Below, one piece after another: positions 18,648 through 28,077 of a DNA stretch of 64,000 nucleotides. The position numbers and the translations under genes are program-made. The stretch's first letter is position 1, and each line of letters begins with the position of its first letter. This DNA comes from Vulcanimicrobiota bacterium. Its GTDB lineage: Bacteria; Vulcanimicrobiota; Vulcanimicrobiia; Vulcanimicrobiales; Vulcanimicrobiaceae. The stretch spans positions 224,001 to 288,000 of the forward strand of contig CAVZQC010000002.1 of assembly GCA_963777315.1 (NCBI GenBank). Direction: 5' to 3'. The notes under the pieces were generated by a model. That model did no database searches and had not been told where the DNA came from. It worked only from the letters and a program-made list of their open reading frames with translations.

Positions 18648-20414
18648 TCAACGAATATTCGCCGCGGGCACCGCTTTTGCCGCCCGGCCGGCTGCGACGG
18701 TGCTCGGCAACACGCCCGCGTGCAGCATTGCCGCTTTGGCGATTTGAACGAAAGCCGGCGCAGCGACTATCGACCCGTAAATGGCTCCCTGCGGCTGCTC
18801 GACTTTGACGTAGATGACGTAGCGCGGATGTTCGTACGGGACCATGCCGATGAAGGACGCTACGTACGACCCCGGATCGTATTGGCCGTTCACGACCATT
18901 TGCGCGGTCCCGGTCTTTCCGGCGGTCGCGTAGCCCGGAATCTGCGCGGACGGATTGCCGGTGCCGCGCACCACCACTGCGCGCAAAAAACTGCGCAGCA
19001 CGGCTGCGGTATGCCGCGAGAAGACGCGGCGCTCGATCTGCGGCGGATATGTATAGATTGGACGACCGCTTGCGTCGAGGATGGACCGAACGATCTGCGG
19101 GCGCATGACGAGTCCGCCATTGGCAATGGCGCAGTAGTAGCGAGCCATCTCGATCGGCGTTACCGAAACCCCTTGCCCGAACGCCATCGTGGCCAGCGAG
19201 CTTCCGCTCCACTCTGCCGGAGGCGGAACGATTCCGGGGCTTTCACCTGCCAGGCCGATTTGCGTAGCCTCCCCGAATCCGGCGCGCCGCTCCATGGCGT
19301 AGAACGTGCGGCCTCCGACGAACCGCCCGACGTTGGCGATGCCGACGTTGAGCGAATCGGCAATAATCGTTTCCAGCGTATCGCCGGCGGGATTGGGCGT
19401 CAGACCGTCGACCGCGTTGTAAATTCGCCGGCCTCCCACTTCGAGCGGGCCGACCGCATCGAAGCGCCGCGTAAGCGAAACTTTTCCGCTGTCGATTGCC
19501 GCCGCTGCCGTAACCAATTTGAACGTGGACCCCGGTTCGTACGCATCCTGAACCGCGCGGTCGCGATAATCGTCGGCGGGGAATTTCCAGTACGCGTTCG
19601 GATCGAAGTGCGGCGCATTGGCCATCGCCAGCACTTCGCCGGTCGAGGGGTCCATGACGATCGCCGTTCCGCTGCGCGCGTGATACGTCTTGACCTGCTT
19701 TTCGAGCGCGGCTTCGGTAACGAATTGCAAATAGGAATCCAGCGTGAGCTGCAGCGATAGTCCGGGCTTTGCCGGTTTGACGACGCGCTCGTGGCCGAAC
19801 GGAATGGGCATTCCGAATTCATCGGCTTCGATCGTGACGCGCCCAGACGATCCTTTCAGGAGATCGTCGAACGTATATTCCAGACCGCTCAGGCCGTTCT
19901 CGTCGATGCCGACGAAGCCCAAAATCGTCGAAGCGCTGCGGCCCGCGAGGTCGACGCGCCTGCCCGTGTCTTCCTCCATCAGCGCTATGCCGGGCAAATT
20001 CAGCGCCTGCACCTTGTCGGCTTGGTCGTGCGGAATCTTGCGCGCGATCCAAACGAACTGCAGATGGCGATCGTGCAGCAGGCTCGCCGTCGCCGTGTCG
20101 ATCTTGCCGACGATACGATCGAGCTGCGCAATAGCGCTATCGGGGTTGGTCAAGTCGTGCGGTACGGCATAGACGCTTTCGGACGGAAGCGAACGAACCA
20201 GCACGGTGCCGTAGCGGTCCAGGATGCTGCCGCGGCGAGCAAAAACTTCAATCGTATCGCTGCGCTGCGCGAGCGCCTCTTTTGCGTAGACCGGCCCTTT
20301 GACCAGCTGCACGTACGAAAGCCGCCACGACAGGAACGCGGCGATCGCGAACAGTCCGTAAAAGAAAGCTTTGGCGCGGCGGGGGCCGACGCGCGCGAAC
20401 GTGCGCTTGTGCAA
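18648..20414 (-). CDS. ftsI: Class B penicillin-binding protein (FtsI/PBP3-type)
   Basis: N-terminal TM, RRGSILDR, GLSGLEY, EPGSTFK (SxxK), SLN (SxN), KTGTAQ. TTG start inferred just after the ftsL stop. Confidence 0.9.
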   Translation of the reverse strand: MHKRTFARVGPRRAKAFFYGLFAIAAFLSWRLSYVQLVKGPVYAKEALAQRSDTIEVFARRGSILDRYGTVLVRSLPSESVYAVPHDLTNPDSAIAQLDRIVGKIDTATASLLHDRHLQFVWIARKIPHDQADKVQALNLPGIALMEEDTGRRVDLAGRSASTILGFVGIDENGLSGLEYTFDDLLKGSSGRVTIEADEFGMPIPFGHERVVKPAKPGLSLQLTLDSYLQFVTEAALEKQVKTYHARSGTAIVMDPSTGEVLAMANAPHFDPNAYWKFPADDYRDRAVQDAYEPGSTFKLVTAAAAIDSGKVSLTRRFDAVGPLEVGGRRIYNAVDGLTPNPAGDTLETIIADSLNVGIANVGRFVGGRTFYAMERRAGFGEATQIGLAGESPGIVPPPAEWSGSSLATMAFGQGVSVTPIEMARYYCAIANGGLVMRPQIVRSILDASGRPIYTYPPQIERRVFSRHTAAVLRSFLRAVVVRGTGNPSAQIPGYATAGKTGTAQMVVNGQYDPGSYVASFIGMVPYEHPRYVIYVKVEQPQGAIYGSIVAAPAFVQIAKAAMLHAGVLPSTVAAGRAAKAVPAANIR

Positions 20415-20419
20415 GGGCC

Positions 20420-20854
20420 TTACTTCGCGCCGAACAGAGTCGCGAGATTCGAGAGAAACGCCAAATGGGAGCGATCGGGCGCGCGCACCGTCGCCGGAAG
20501 CGTGACGACCGCAAACTGCTGCGGATCCTGCATGTGCAAGCGCGCCGCTACGGTCGCCAGACGATCGTCCGAGCGCAGCGCCGCGAGCCGGTTGTCCAGG
20601 ACCGCGCTTTCGGCGGCAAGCGTGGCGCGTTCGTGCTGCGCCTTTGCGACGGCATAATTCAAGCTGGTCAGGCGCGCCATCAGCATGACGTAGACCATGA
20701 CCAAACAAAGCGATATCGCGAGCACCGCGCAAAAGCGCGACAGGCCCGCGTATCGCGCGCGCTCTTTGCGCGTGATGCGGCGCAGCGTTGCGGATTTTGC
20801 CGTGCGCACGTTGGAGGGACGCGGCTTGGTACGTTCCTTGGGTTGGGCGATCAT
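20420..20854 (-). CDS. ftsL: Cell division protein FtsL-like
   Basis: Basic N-terminus, single TM, heptad coiled coil. Lies between rsmH and ftsI. Confidence 0.75.
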   Translation of the reverse strand: MIAQPKERTKPRPSNVRTAKSATLRRITRKERARYAGLSRFCAVLAISLCLVMVYVMLMARLTSLNYAVAKAQHERATLAAESAVLDNRLAALRSDDRLATVAARLHMQDPQQFAVVTLPATVRAPDRSHLAFLSNLATLFGAK

Positions 20855-21730
20855 TCAGCTTGCCTTACGCTGGGCGGCGCGCAGTTTCGCGCTGCGGGCC
20901 CGTGGATTGCTTGCGCTTTCGGCTTCGCCCGGCACGATCGGTTTGCGGGTGAGCACCTCCAAGCGTTCGTCGTCGCGAAACGCATGTTTGACGATTCTGT
21001 CTTCAAGCGAGTGAAAGCTGATTGCCACGATGCGTCCCGCCGTGCGCAAACGGCCGGCCGCCGTGTCGACGCTTTCGCGCAGCGCGTCCAATTCGTCGTT
21101 GACCGCTATGCGCAGCGCTTGAAAGACCCGGGTGGCGGGATGAATGCGTTCGCGCCGGCCGGGGCGATGCAAAAGCCCGCTGATCATTTGCGCGAATTCC
21201 ACGGTCGTATCCGGCAACGTCCCTTGGCTGCGGCGGTGCACGATCGCGCGCGCTATCTTTCTCGCGCCGCGTTCCTGTCCATACTGAAAGAAGATGTCGG
21301 CGAGTTCGCCTTCGCTCGCGTTCATCAGCACGTCGTAGGCGCTGCGTCCGCAGCTCGGGTTCATGCGCATGTCCAGCGGTGCGGATTGGCGGAACGAAAA
21401 GCCCCGCGAAGCGTCATCAAGTTGCATCGACGAAACTCCCAAGTCGTAAAGCACGCCGTCGACCGAATCGATGCCAAGCCGGTCCAGCGCCGCCGACAGC
21501 TGCCGGAAGTTGGAAGGCACGAAGGTGAATGCGGACTCGCAAACGGCGAGCGCCCGCGCCTGCGCCTGCGGATCGGCATCGAGCGCAATGAGCCGGCCGC
21601 CCCGTAAGCGCTCCAAGATTCCCCGGCTGTGGCCGCCCGCACCGAAGGTCGCATCGACGTAGACCCCATCCGGCCGGATCGCCAAGCAGCTCAAAGCCGC
21701 TTCGTACAGGACCGGGACATGCTGCTCCAT
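20855..21730 (-). CDS. rsmH: 16S rRNA m4C1402 methyltransferase
   Basis: HVPVL, DATFGAGGHS, DLGVSSMQLD, PLDMRM, FQALRIAVNDEL, SFHSLEDRIVK, NPRARSAKLR. Confidence 0.96.
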   Translation of the reverse strand: MEQHVPVLYEAALSCLAIRPDGVYVDATFGAGGHSRGILERLRGGRLIALDADPQAQARALAVCESAFTFVPSNFRQLSAALDRLGIDSVDGVLYDLGVSSMQLDDASRGFSFRQSAPLDMRMNPSCGRSAYDVLMNASEGELADIFFQYGQERGARKIARAIVHRRSQGTLPDTTVEFAQMISGLLHRPGRRERIHPATRVFQALRIAVNDELDALRESVDTAAGRLRTAGRIVAISFHSLEDRIVKHAFRDDERLEVLTRKPIVPGEAESASNPRARSAKLRAAQRKAS

Positions 21731-21745
21731 CCGTCCACCCCGGCA

Positions 21746-22189
21746 TCAGTAGAGTCCCAAATCCGCCATAAAGTCGGCCATCTCGCCCTCCGGCGCCGCG
21801 TGCTCGGCGTACCGTTCCTTGGCCCATACCTCGACGCGGCTTAAGGTGCCCACCGAAACCACGTCGCGTTCGATCCCGGCGTAGGTCCGCAGCGCGCCCG
21901 GCACGAGCAGGCGGCCTTGGGCGTCGCACGCCACGTCTTCGGTGCGCGCGAAGAGGTGACGCACGAACCGCCGGAACGCGACGTCCTTCACGGGCGCCGT
22001 TTCCAAGCGGGCGCAAAACTCGCCCCAGGTCGCCTGGGGGTAGAGCGCCAAGCACGGCTCGGGCGGCGCGATCGTTAAGATGAAGCCATTGCCGAGCCGC
22101 TCGCGGAACCGCGCAGGTACGATGAGGCGGCCCTTATCGTCAAGAGCATGCTCCACCGAACCGGAAAAGCGCGGTAGGTCCGCGTGCAA
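21746..22189 (-). CDS. mraZ: Division/cell-wall cluster transcriptional repressor MraZ
   Basis: DDKGRLIVPARFR and DAQGRLLVP repeats, VEVW. SD GGAGG upstream of the TTG start. Confidence 0.95.
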   Translation of the reverse strand: MHADLPRFSGSVEHALDDKGRLIVPARFRERLGNGFILTIAPPEPCLALYPQATWGEFCARLETAPVKDVAFRRFVRHLFARTEDVACDAQGRLLVPGALRTYAGIERDVVSVGTLSRVEVWAKERYAEHAAPEGEMADFMADLGLY

Positions 22190-22205
22190 ACTCGCCTCCC
22201 CTGGT

Positions 22206-22258
22206 CACCACTACGCACCACTTTGCACCACTATACGCCCCCGCACAGGCGGTGGCAA
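22206..22258 (-). promoter_or_regulatory. dcw promoter (TTGCCA-N17-TATAGT) with three MraZ-box direct repeats
   Basis: On the minus strand, -35 TTGCCA at 22253-22258 and -10 TATAGT at 22230-22235. GTGGTG occurs three times at 10-bp period (22226-31, 22216-21, 22206-11). Confidence 0.85.
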
Positions 22259-22325
22259 GGTGTGGCCGGGTGGACGACTCCATAAGAAAGGTGAGTTAGA
22301 TTCCAATTGGCGCGCGAGGGTCCAA

Positions 22326-22423
22326 TGACGCGATTAGTGCGACCTAATCGCGTCAGTGTGTGGCGCGATTATTGGCAAGACGCGATCGTTCCGGTATAAT
22401 TGCGTCAAAATATGACGCGATTA
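22326..22423 (+). promoter_or_regulatory. Fic gene promoter (TTGGCA-N17-TATAAT) overlaid by six copies of a TGACGCGATTA-like motif
   Basis: -35 at 22372-22377, -10 at 22395-22400. Motif copies start at 22326(+), 22345(-), 22361(+), 22378(+), 22397(-), 22413(+). Confidence 0.75.
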
Positions 22424-23500
22424 TACATATGGGAACAGGCAGACTGGCCGACTTTTTCGTATGACGCTGCCCGCTTGCTAACTGCCGTGGGAAACGCCCG
22501 AAGGGCGCAAGGGCGCCTCGCTGAGGCAATGGCGCGAGTCGGGTTCGCGGAGCGAGAAGAAGCCTTTCTTGAGACGCTCACAACAGACGCGGTTGAAACA
22601 AGCAAAATTGAGGGCGAGAACCTCGACTACGCCGCGGTACGCTCCTCGGTAGCGGCGCGTCTAGGAATGCCGCATGCCGCGATCGCCCCCACCGACGCAC
22701 GTACTGAAGGGATCGCCGTCATGGTGCTTGACGCAGTCGAGAATTACGATAAGCCGCTTACGGCGGAGCGGATTTTCAGTTGGCATGTCGAGCTGTTCCC
22801 CGGCAAACGCGAAGCCGTCATTGGCAATTGGCGCCCGGGCCCTGTCGGCGTTTACCGCTACGGCCGCGTGGACCAACCGCCAACTACCGAGTACATGGCC
22901 CCGCCTGCGGAGCGTGTCGCCACCGAAATGCAGCGCTTCTTTGATTGGTTCAACGCGCGAAGCGATACCGACGGCATCATGCGCAGTGCGCTTGCGCACC
23001 TATGGTTCGTAACGATCCATCCATTTGAGGACGGCAACGGTCGCATTGCGCGCGCTATAGCAGATATGGCATTGGCCCAAGACGAACACTCAGCTCGCCG
23101 CTTCTTCAGTATGTCTCGCCAAATCCGTGAGGAGCGCAAACACTACCACGCCATACTCAAAGAAACGCAGCACGGGCAGCTGGACGTTACGTCATGGCTT
23201 GAATGGTTCTTGCAGTGTTACGAAAGGGCGGTGCGGAGCGCTATGGACACGCTTGGGCGCGTGCTTGATGTGAATACATTTTGGGCCCGCCACGGTTCCG
23301 TAACGTTTACCGATCGCCAGCGTAAGGCGCTGACACATGTATTACACGGGTTCAAAGGCGCCATTACGACAAAGAATTGGCAACGCCTGGCGCAAACCTC
23401 ACGCGAAAGCGCCACACGCGACTTAAGCGATCTCGTGCAAAAAGGCGTGCTGCGCTCCGAAGGTGCTGGAAGGTCGACCCGTTATCAATTGCTTGAGTGA
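22412..23500 (+). CDS. Fic family protein (DUF4172-type N-terminus + Fic + C-terminal winged HTH)
   Basis: YIWEQADWP N-terminus, SKIEG inhibitory-type motif, HPFEDGNGRIAR catalytic motif, SRESATRDLSDLVQKGVL..GAGRSTRY wHTH. Codon usage is more A/T-rich than its neighbours. Confidence 0.92.
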   Translation: MTRLYIWEQADWPTFSYDAARLLTAVGNARRAQGRLAEAMARVGFAEREEAFLETLTTDAVETSKIEGENLDYAAVRSSVAARLGMPHAAIAPTDARTEGIAVMVLDAVENYDKPLTAERIFSWHVELFPGKREAVIGNWRPGPVGVYRYGRVDQPPTTEYMAPPAERVATEMQRFFDWFNARSDTDGIMRSALAHLWFVTIHPFEDGNGRIARAIADMALAQDEHSARRFFSMSRQIREERKHYHAILKETQHGQLDVTSWLEWFLQCYERAVRSAMDTLGRVLDVNTFWARHGSVTFTDRQRKALTHVLHGFKGAITTKNWQRLAQTSRESATRDLSDLVQKGVLRSEGAGRSTRYQLLE

Positions 23501-23644
23501 GTCCCGACCCGGCCTATTCATCGCGCAGTCAAGCGCCCCGGATAGACTTTAGTCCGTAGTTAAACTGCACCGCGCAATATACGGCCTGACCGCCGGATAA
23601 GGAGGCGCTGAATCAGCATCCGAGACAGGTTTTCCAAGCCGGCG

Positions 23645-24130
23645 GTGTCACTGCGTCGCGCGGTGGCTTGCGAGGCTGCTGCCTTATCGGACTTGGCGTT
23701 CCGATCGAAGGCCCGCTGGGGCTACGACGAGAGGTTCATGAATCAGGTGAAAGACGCTCTATCGGTGTCTCCGCAATACCTCGAGCAGGATCCGGTATAC
23801 GTTCTACTGCGCGGTGGAATGATTGTCGGCTTTTTTGGGTTCCTGTCGCAGCCCAGCGAAACGCTTCTCAACGATTTCTGGCTCGAGCCGGAAGTCATTG
23901 GAACTGGTGTCGGGCGCGTAATGTGGGAACACGCCGTCCGGCACGCGCGCGCCAATGGTTGTCGCGCCTTTGCTATCCACAGTGATCCAAACGCTGAAGG
24001 GTTCTACCTTCATATGGGAGCGCGCCGTATCGGTACGAGAATTGCACTAGAAACAGGACGCGAATTGCCGTTGCTAGAGTACGACGTACTTCCGGAGCGG
24101 CACGAGTCCACGTCGCAAACGATAGTCTAG
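23645..24130 (+). CDS. GNAT family N-acetyltransferase
   Basis: RSKARWGYD, LEPEVIGTGVGR (acetyl-CoA motif A), SDPNAEGFYLHMG. Confidence 0.85.
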   Translation: MSLRRAVACEAAALSDLAFRSKARWGYDERFMNQVKDALSVSPQYLEQDPVYVLLRGGMIVGFFGFLSQPSETLLNDFWLEPEVIGTGVGRVMWEHAVRHARANGCRAFAIHSDPNAEGFYLHMGARRIGTRIALETGRELPLLEYDVLPERHESTSQTIV

Positions 24131-26310
24131 ATTCTGCGGCGCAGCAGCAGCGAATTGCCTACCACGAACAGGCTGGACATGCCCATCGCCGCCGCTGCAA
24201 ATATCGGATGCACGATTCCGAGAGCTGCGAGCGGAATGAGAACGACGTTGTAGGCGAACGCCCAAAACAGGTTCATGCGGATCGTTCGCATCGTCGCGCG
24301 TGAGAGCAGAATCGCCGACGCAACCGCGGCCGGATCGTTGGACACGATCGCCGCCTTCGCGGTCTCCATCGCGACGTCGGTTCCGCCGCCCATCGCGATA
24401 CCGACGTCGGCCGTAGCCAGCGCCGGCGCGTCGTTGATGCCGTCGCCGACGAAGGCCACTTGGCGTCCGGTGCTTTGCAATTCGCGCACGAAATGCGCCT
24501 TGTCTTCGGGCAACATCTGCGCCGTCGCGTTGGCGAGCGGAATGCCTATGCGTTCGGCCAGCATGCGTACAGGCGACTGCGCATCGCCGCTGACTACGTA
24601 CGATTCCACACCGAGACTTGCAAGAGCGGCGATTCCCTCCGCGGCACCGGCGCGAGCGGCGTCGTGCACCGCGATTACACCAATTAACTCACCGCCGTGG
24701 GCGACGAAAATCGCCGTCGAATCGGACGAGTCGCGCAGGGCCGGAGGAACCGAAACGCCTGCGTCCGCCACGAAGTCCGCGTTTCCGGCGACGGCGGGCT
24801 TGCCGAGCACCGTTCCCGTAAGACCTTTGCCGCGCACCGCGTTCACGTCCGTAGCCGCAATGGCCGCAAGCGGCTGCGCGGCGCGCACGACCGCGCCCGC
24901 TAACGGATGCGACGAGTTACGTTCCAGAGCGGCGGCGATTGCCAGCACGGCGTTTTCGTCGACGCGCTGCGTGCATCCGGTCACGCGCGCAACTTGCGGA
25001 TGGCCCTGCGTGAGCGTTCCGGTTTTGTCGAAGACCACTGCGCCGACCGAGCGCAGTTTTTCCAGAGCCTCTGCATCCTTGAACAGCATTCCGTGTTTTG
25101 CGCCCAGTCCGACGCCGACGATCACGGCCATCGGCGTAGCCAAGCCGAGCGCGCACGGACATGCAACCACCAGCACGGCAACTGCAACGGGCAGCGCTAC
25201 CGACCACGCGTGGCCGCTCAGCAACCACGCCGCAAACGTCACAGCGGTAATCGCGAGGATGACCGGCACGAAGACCCCGGCGACGCGATCGGCCAAGCGC
25301 TGAACGGGCGGCGTCGAACCTTGCGCGTGCCGAACGATTTCGATGATGTGCGCGAGCGTCGTGTTCGCACCCACGGCGCTTGCTCTCACGACCACTGCGC
25401 CGTCACCATTGATCGTTCCGGTGCGCACCGCCATCCCGGGCTCGACTTCTTGCGGCAACGATTCTCCGGTCAGCGCTGAAACGTTGACGGCGCTGCGGCC
25501 CTGTAACACGATGCCGTCGACGGGCAGGCGTTCGCCCGGAGGAACCAGCACTTCGTCACCGACTTCAACGGCGTCCGACGGCACTTCGCGCACCGCCCCG
25601 TCGCGATCGCGGATCCGCGCGATATCGGGGCGCAAGTGCAACAGCGCGCGAATCGCGCTGTTGCTTTTTCCTTTGGCCGCGGTCTCCAAGTACTTGCCCA
25701 AGAAGATGAGCGTAACGATTGCGCTTGCCGTTTCGTAGTATGCGGGCCGCATGGCGATCGTCGCATAGATCGAGTACGCCATGGCCGCGCTCGATCCGAG
25801 CGATACCAGCGTATCCATGTTGGCCGCCCCATGCATCGCTTTGACGATCGCGCCGCGATGAAAGCTCCATCCCACGATCGCCCAGACCGGAACGGTGAGC
25901 GCAAACATGACCCAGTCTTTATTCGCAAAGTCCGGCACCGCCATGCCGACGATCATCGCCGGCACGAACAACACGATGGCGAAGACCAACAGACGCCGTT
26001 TGCGCAGCAGCTCCGCGTCGCGCCGCTGCGCGTCGACGTCGTGGAAAGAATCACCGGCCGGCGCGGGAGCAGCGCCGTATCCGGCGTGCCGGACGGCGGC
26101 AATGAGATCCTGCGCGCTGATTGCAGCGGCATGATCGACGCGAGCGCGCTCCGTGGCCAGATTGACCTGCACGTCCGCAACGCCGGGGACTTCCGCCAGT
26201 GCGCGCGTCACGTGGGCGACGCACGACGCGCACGTCATCCCTTCCACGGCCAGTTCGGTCGTAGCGTCGGCTGGTTTGTTGGGCGCGGTATCTTGGGCTA
26301 AAGCCGGCAT
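24127..26310 (-). CDS. copA: Cu(I)-translocating P1B-type ATPase
   Basis: GMTCASC HMA domain, TGES, CPCALGLATP, DKTGTLT, HPL, GDGINDAPAL, YN and MxxSS TM motifs. Confidence 0.92.
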   Translation of the reverse strand: MPALAQDTAPNKPADATTELAVEGMTCASCVAHVTRALAEVPGVADVQVNLATERARVDHAAAISAQDLIAAVRHAGYGAAPAPAGDSFHDVDAQRRDAELLRKRRLLVFAIVLFVPAMIVGMAVPDFANKDWVMFALTVPVWAIVGWSFHRGAIVKAMHGAANMDTLVSLGSSAAMAYSIYATIAMRPAYYETASAIVTLIFLGKYLETAAKGKSNSAIRALLHLRPDIARIRDRDGAVREVPSDAVEVGDEVLVPPGERLPVDGIVLQGRSAVNVSALTGESLPQEVEPGMAVRTGTINGDGAVVVRASAVGANTTLAHIIEIVRHAQGSTPPVQRLADRVAGVFVPVILAITAVTFAAWLLSGHAWSVALPVAVAVLVVACPCALGLATPMAVIVGVGLGAKHGMLFKDAEALEKLRSVGAVVFDKTGTLTQGHPQVARVTGCTQRVDENAVLAIAAALERNSSHPLAGAVVRAAQPLAAIAATDVNAVRGKGLTGTVLGKPAVAGNADFVADAGVSVPPALRDSSDSTAIFVAHGGELIGVIAVHDAARAGAAEGIAALASLGVESYVVSGDAQSPVRMLAERIGIPLANATAQMLPEDKAHFVRELQSTGRQVAFVGDGINDAPALATADVGIAMGGGTDVAMETAKAAIVSNDPAAVASAILLSRATMRTIRMNLFWAFAYNVVLIPLAALGIVHPIFAAAAMGMSSLFVVGNSLLLRRRI

Positions 26311-26379
26311 ATTCTGGTGCCGCCGTATCTTTTGATAACGGCGGGTACGCACCTCGCCGGCCGCGGCTTAACGGGCTGG

Positions 26380-26631
26380 CTAAGCGGGAGTCTTACGAAA
26401 GTACTCGGCGTTGAGCTCGGTGAAGTCGGACCATTTTTCCGGCAGATCGCTGTCGGCGAATATGGCTTCGACGGGGCAGGCCGACACGCAGGCTCCGCAG
26501 TCGATGCACACTTCGGGATCGATGTACAACTGCGGATCTTCGTCCTTGCCATGAATGCAATCCACCGGACACACGTCCACGCATGATTTGTCTTTGGTTC
26601 CCACGCAGGGTTCGGCGATAATGTAAGCCAT
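26380..26631 (-). CDS. 7Fe ([3Fe-4S]+[4Fe-4S]) ferredoxin
   Basis: MAYIIAEPCVGTKDKSCVDVCPVDCI ... CIDCGACVSACPVEAI. Confidence 0.92.
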   Translation of the reverse strand: MAYIIAEPCVGTKDKSCVDVCPVDCIHGKDEDPQLYIDPEVCIDCGACVSACPVEAIFADSDLPEKWSDFTELNAEYFRKTPA

Positions 26632-26707
26632 AGCACCATTAGCGTAGCGCCGGAGCGCCGGCGCCCGGAACGACTGGGGTGGCCATAAAACTGCGACTTT
26701 TCCGTCA

Positions 26708-27631
26708 ATGCAGACGATAGAGCGCCGAATGGACGTGCGAACCATGCCGCCGCCGCAGCGGCATGCGGGGATATTGCGCGCTTTCGACGGCCTCGCCGAC
26801 GGTCAAAACCTCGTGGTCGTCACGGACCACGACGCCCGCCCGCTGCACATCGAGCTCGAGCAAACCCGCCGTTCGACGTATGCCTGGTCACAGCGGCGGT
26901 TAGGCGAGCACCACTGGGAAATCGTGCTGCGCAAAATGCGCCCGCCGCTGGGCGACAGCGCATCGTGCATGGATCGCTCGCCGGTGTTTGCGCACGGTTC
27001 GCCGGCTTCGATAGCCGCGCTCGCGCCGCAAGCTCGGCGCGCGATCATCAAACGCGATCGCGCCGTGGTCGAACAAGGCATCGCGTGGCCGTACGTCGGT
27101 CTGGTTGAAGCGGGAATCGTGCAAGCCGTTCTGGCCAGCGACAGCGGGCGCGAGCAGGTGCTGTTCGATGCGCTTCCCGGCGACGTGTTCGGTGAAGCGG
27201 CGCTGATCGACCGCGGGCCCACGCTGGTGCGTTACATCGCGCAAACTGCGGGCACTACGGTGCTGCTGTTTCCGGTAGAGGCGGTGCGCCGGCAGTTCCA
27301 AGCGGATCCCGCGCTGTTTGGCGCGCTGGCGGATCTGAACGCACAGCACACGCGCGCAATTCTTGATCGCTTCGCGCTTTTGCTCGCTCAGCCGGCGGCT
27401 GCGCGCATCGCCAGCGTTTTGCTTTCGTATGCGGCACCGGCGCAGGGTCTTTCACCCGCATTGCCGCCGCTTCCGACGATGACGCAGACCGAAATCGCCA
27501 GACTCGCCGGCACGATAAAAGAGATCGTCCAGCGGCTGCTTCCCAAATTCGAAGCGGAAGGCGCGCTGCGCCGCCAAGGCGGACGCATCGTCGAAGTCGA
27601 CCGCGGCAAACTCGTGCAGCTGGCTTCTTAA
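26708..27631 (+). CDS. DUF2249 domain fused to a Crp/Fnr family transcriptional regulator
   Basis: DVR.MPPPQRH..I..AFD.L..G....VVTDHD.RPL (DUF2249-like), PGDVFGE cNMP fold, MTQTEIARLAGTIKEIVQRLL HTH. Confidence 0.8.
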   Translation: MQTIERRMDVRTMPPPQRHAGILRAFDGLADGQNLVVVTDHDARPLHIELEQTRRSTYAWSQRRLGEHHWEIVLRKMRPPLGDSASCMDRSPVFAHGSPASIAALAPQARRAIIKRDRAVVEQGIAWPYVGLVEAGIVQAVLASDSGREQVLFDALPGDVFGEAALIDRGPTLVRYIAQTAGTTVLLFPVEAVRRQFQADPALFGALADLNAQHTRAILDRFALLLAQPAAARIASVLLSYAAPAQGLSPALPPLPTMTQTEIARLAGTIKEIVQRLLPKFEAEGALRRQGGRIVEVDRGKLVQLAS

Positions 27632-28077
27632 AGCGCAGGCTCGTGCTCGCGCCGCTCGATCTCCCACTCGCGCTCGACGTAGCTTTTCACTTCGTCCAAA
27701 AAACGCTCGACCGTGCGCTGAGCGATGTGCCTGCCGACGATCGCGTCGAATATTCGTCCGAGCAGGCCCAGCGGGGCCGCATACCTGCCCTCCATGCGCA
27801 GCTCCGTCACGGGTCCATTCGGACGCACCGTAATCAAGCCCGTCATCGCCGGCAACGGGAACCACGAGCGGGCTTTCCAGCGAAGCAAGGCGGCTTCGTG
27901 AAGGCGCGTCGTATCGGTGTGGTCCGGAACTTCGACCAGTTCGCACTGCACGCCGGCGCGCAGATGCTCGGATGGACCCACGCTGTGGCGGGCACCCTTG
28001 GCGTGAAAGCGTTGAACCATTTCGATAGCGGCGCTGAACGGGCAGCGCACGTCGCGCTTGGCAAAAATCGCGGTCAC
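27628..28077 (-). CDS. Hypothetical protein, possibly SRPBCC-like fold
   Basis: ORF with C-terminal GRY.APLGLLGRIFDAIVGRHIAQRTVERFL helix. Start uncertain (28077, 28086 or 28113). Confidence 0.6.
   Translation of the reverse strand: MTAIFAKRDVRCPFSAAIEMVQRFHAKGARHSVGPSEHLRAGVQCELVEVPDHTDTTRLHEAALLRWKARSWFPLPAMTGLITVRPNGPVTELRMEGRYAAPLGLLGRIFDAIVGRHIAQRTVERFLDEVKSYVEREWEIERREHEPAL

Noticed and set aside
22260..24130. Prophage or IS element at the Fic/GNAT insert
   Set aside because: No integrase, transposase, terminal inverted repeats or att duplication recognised.
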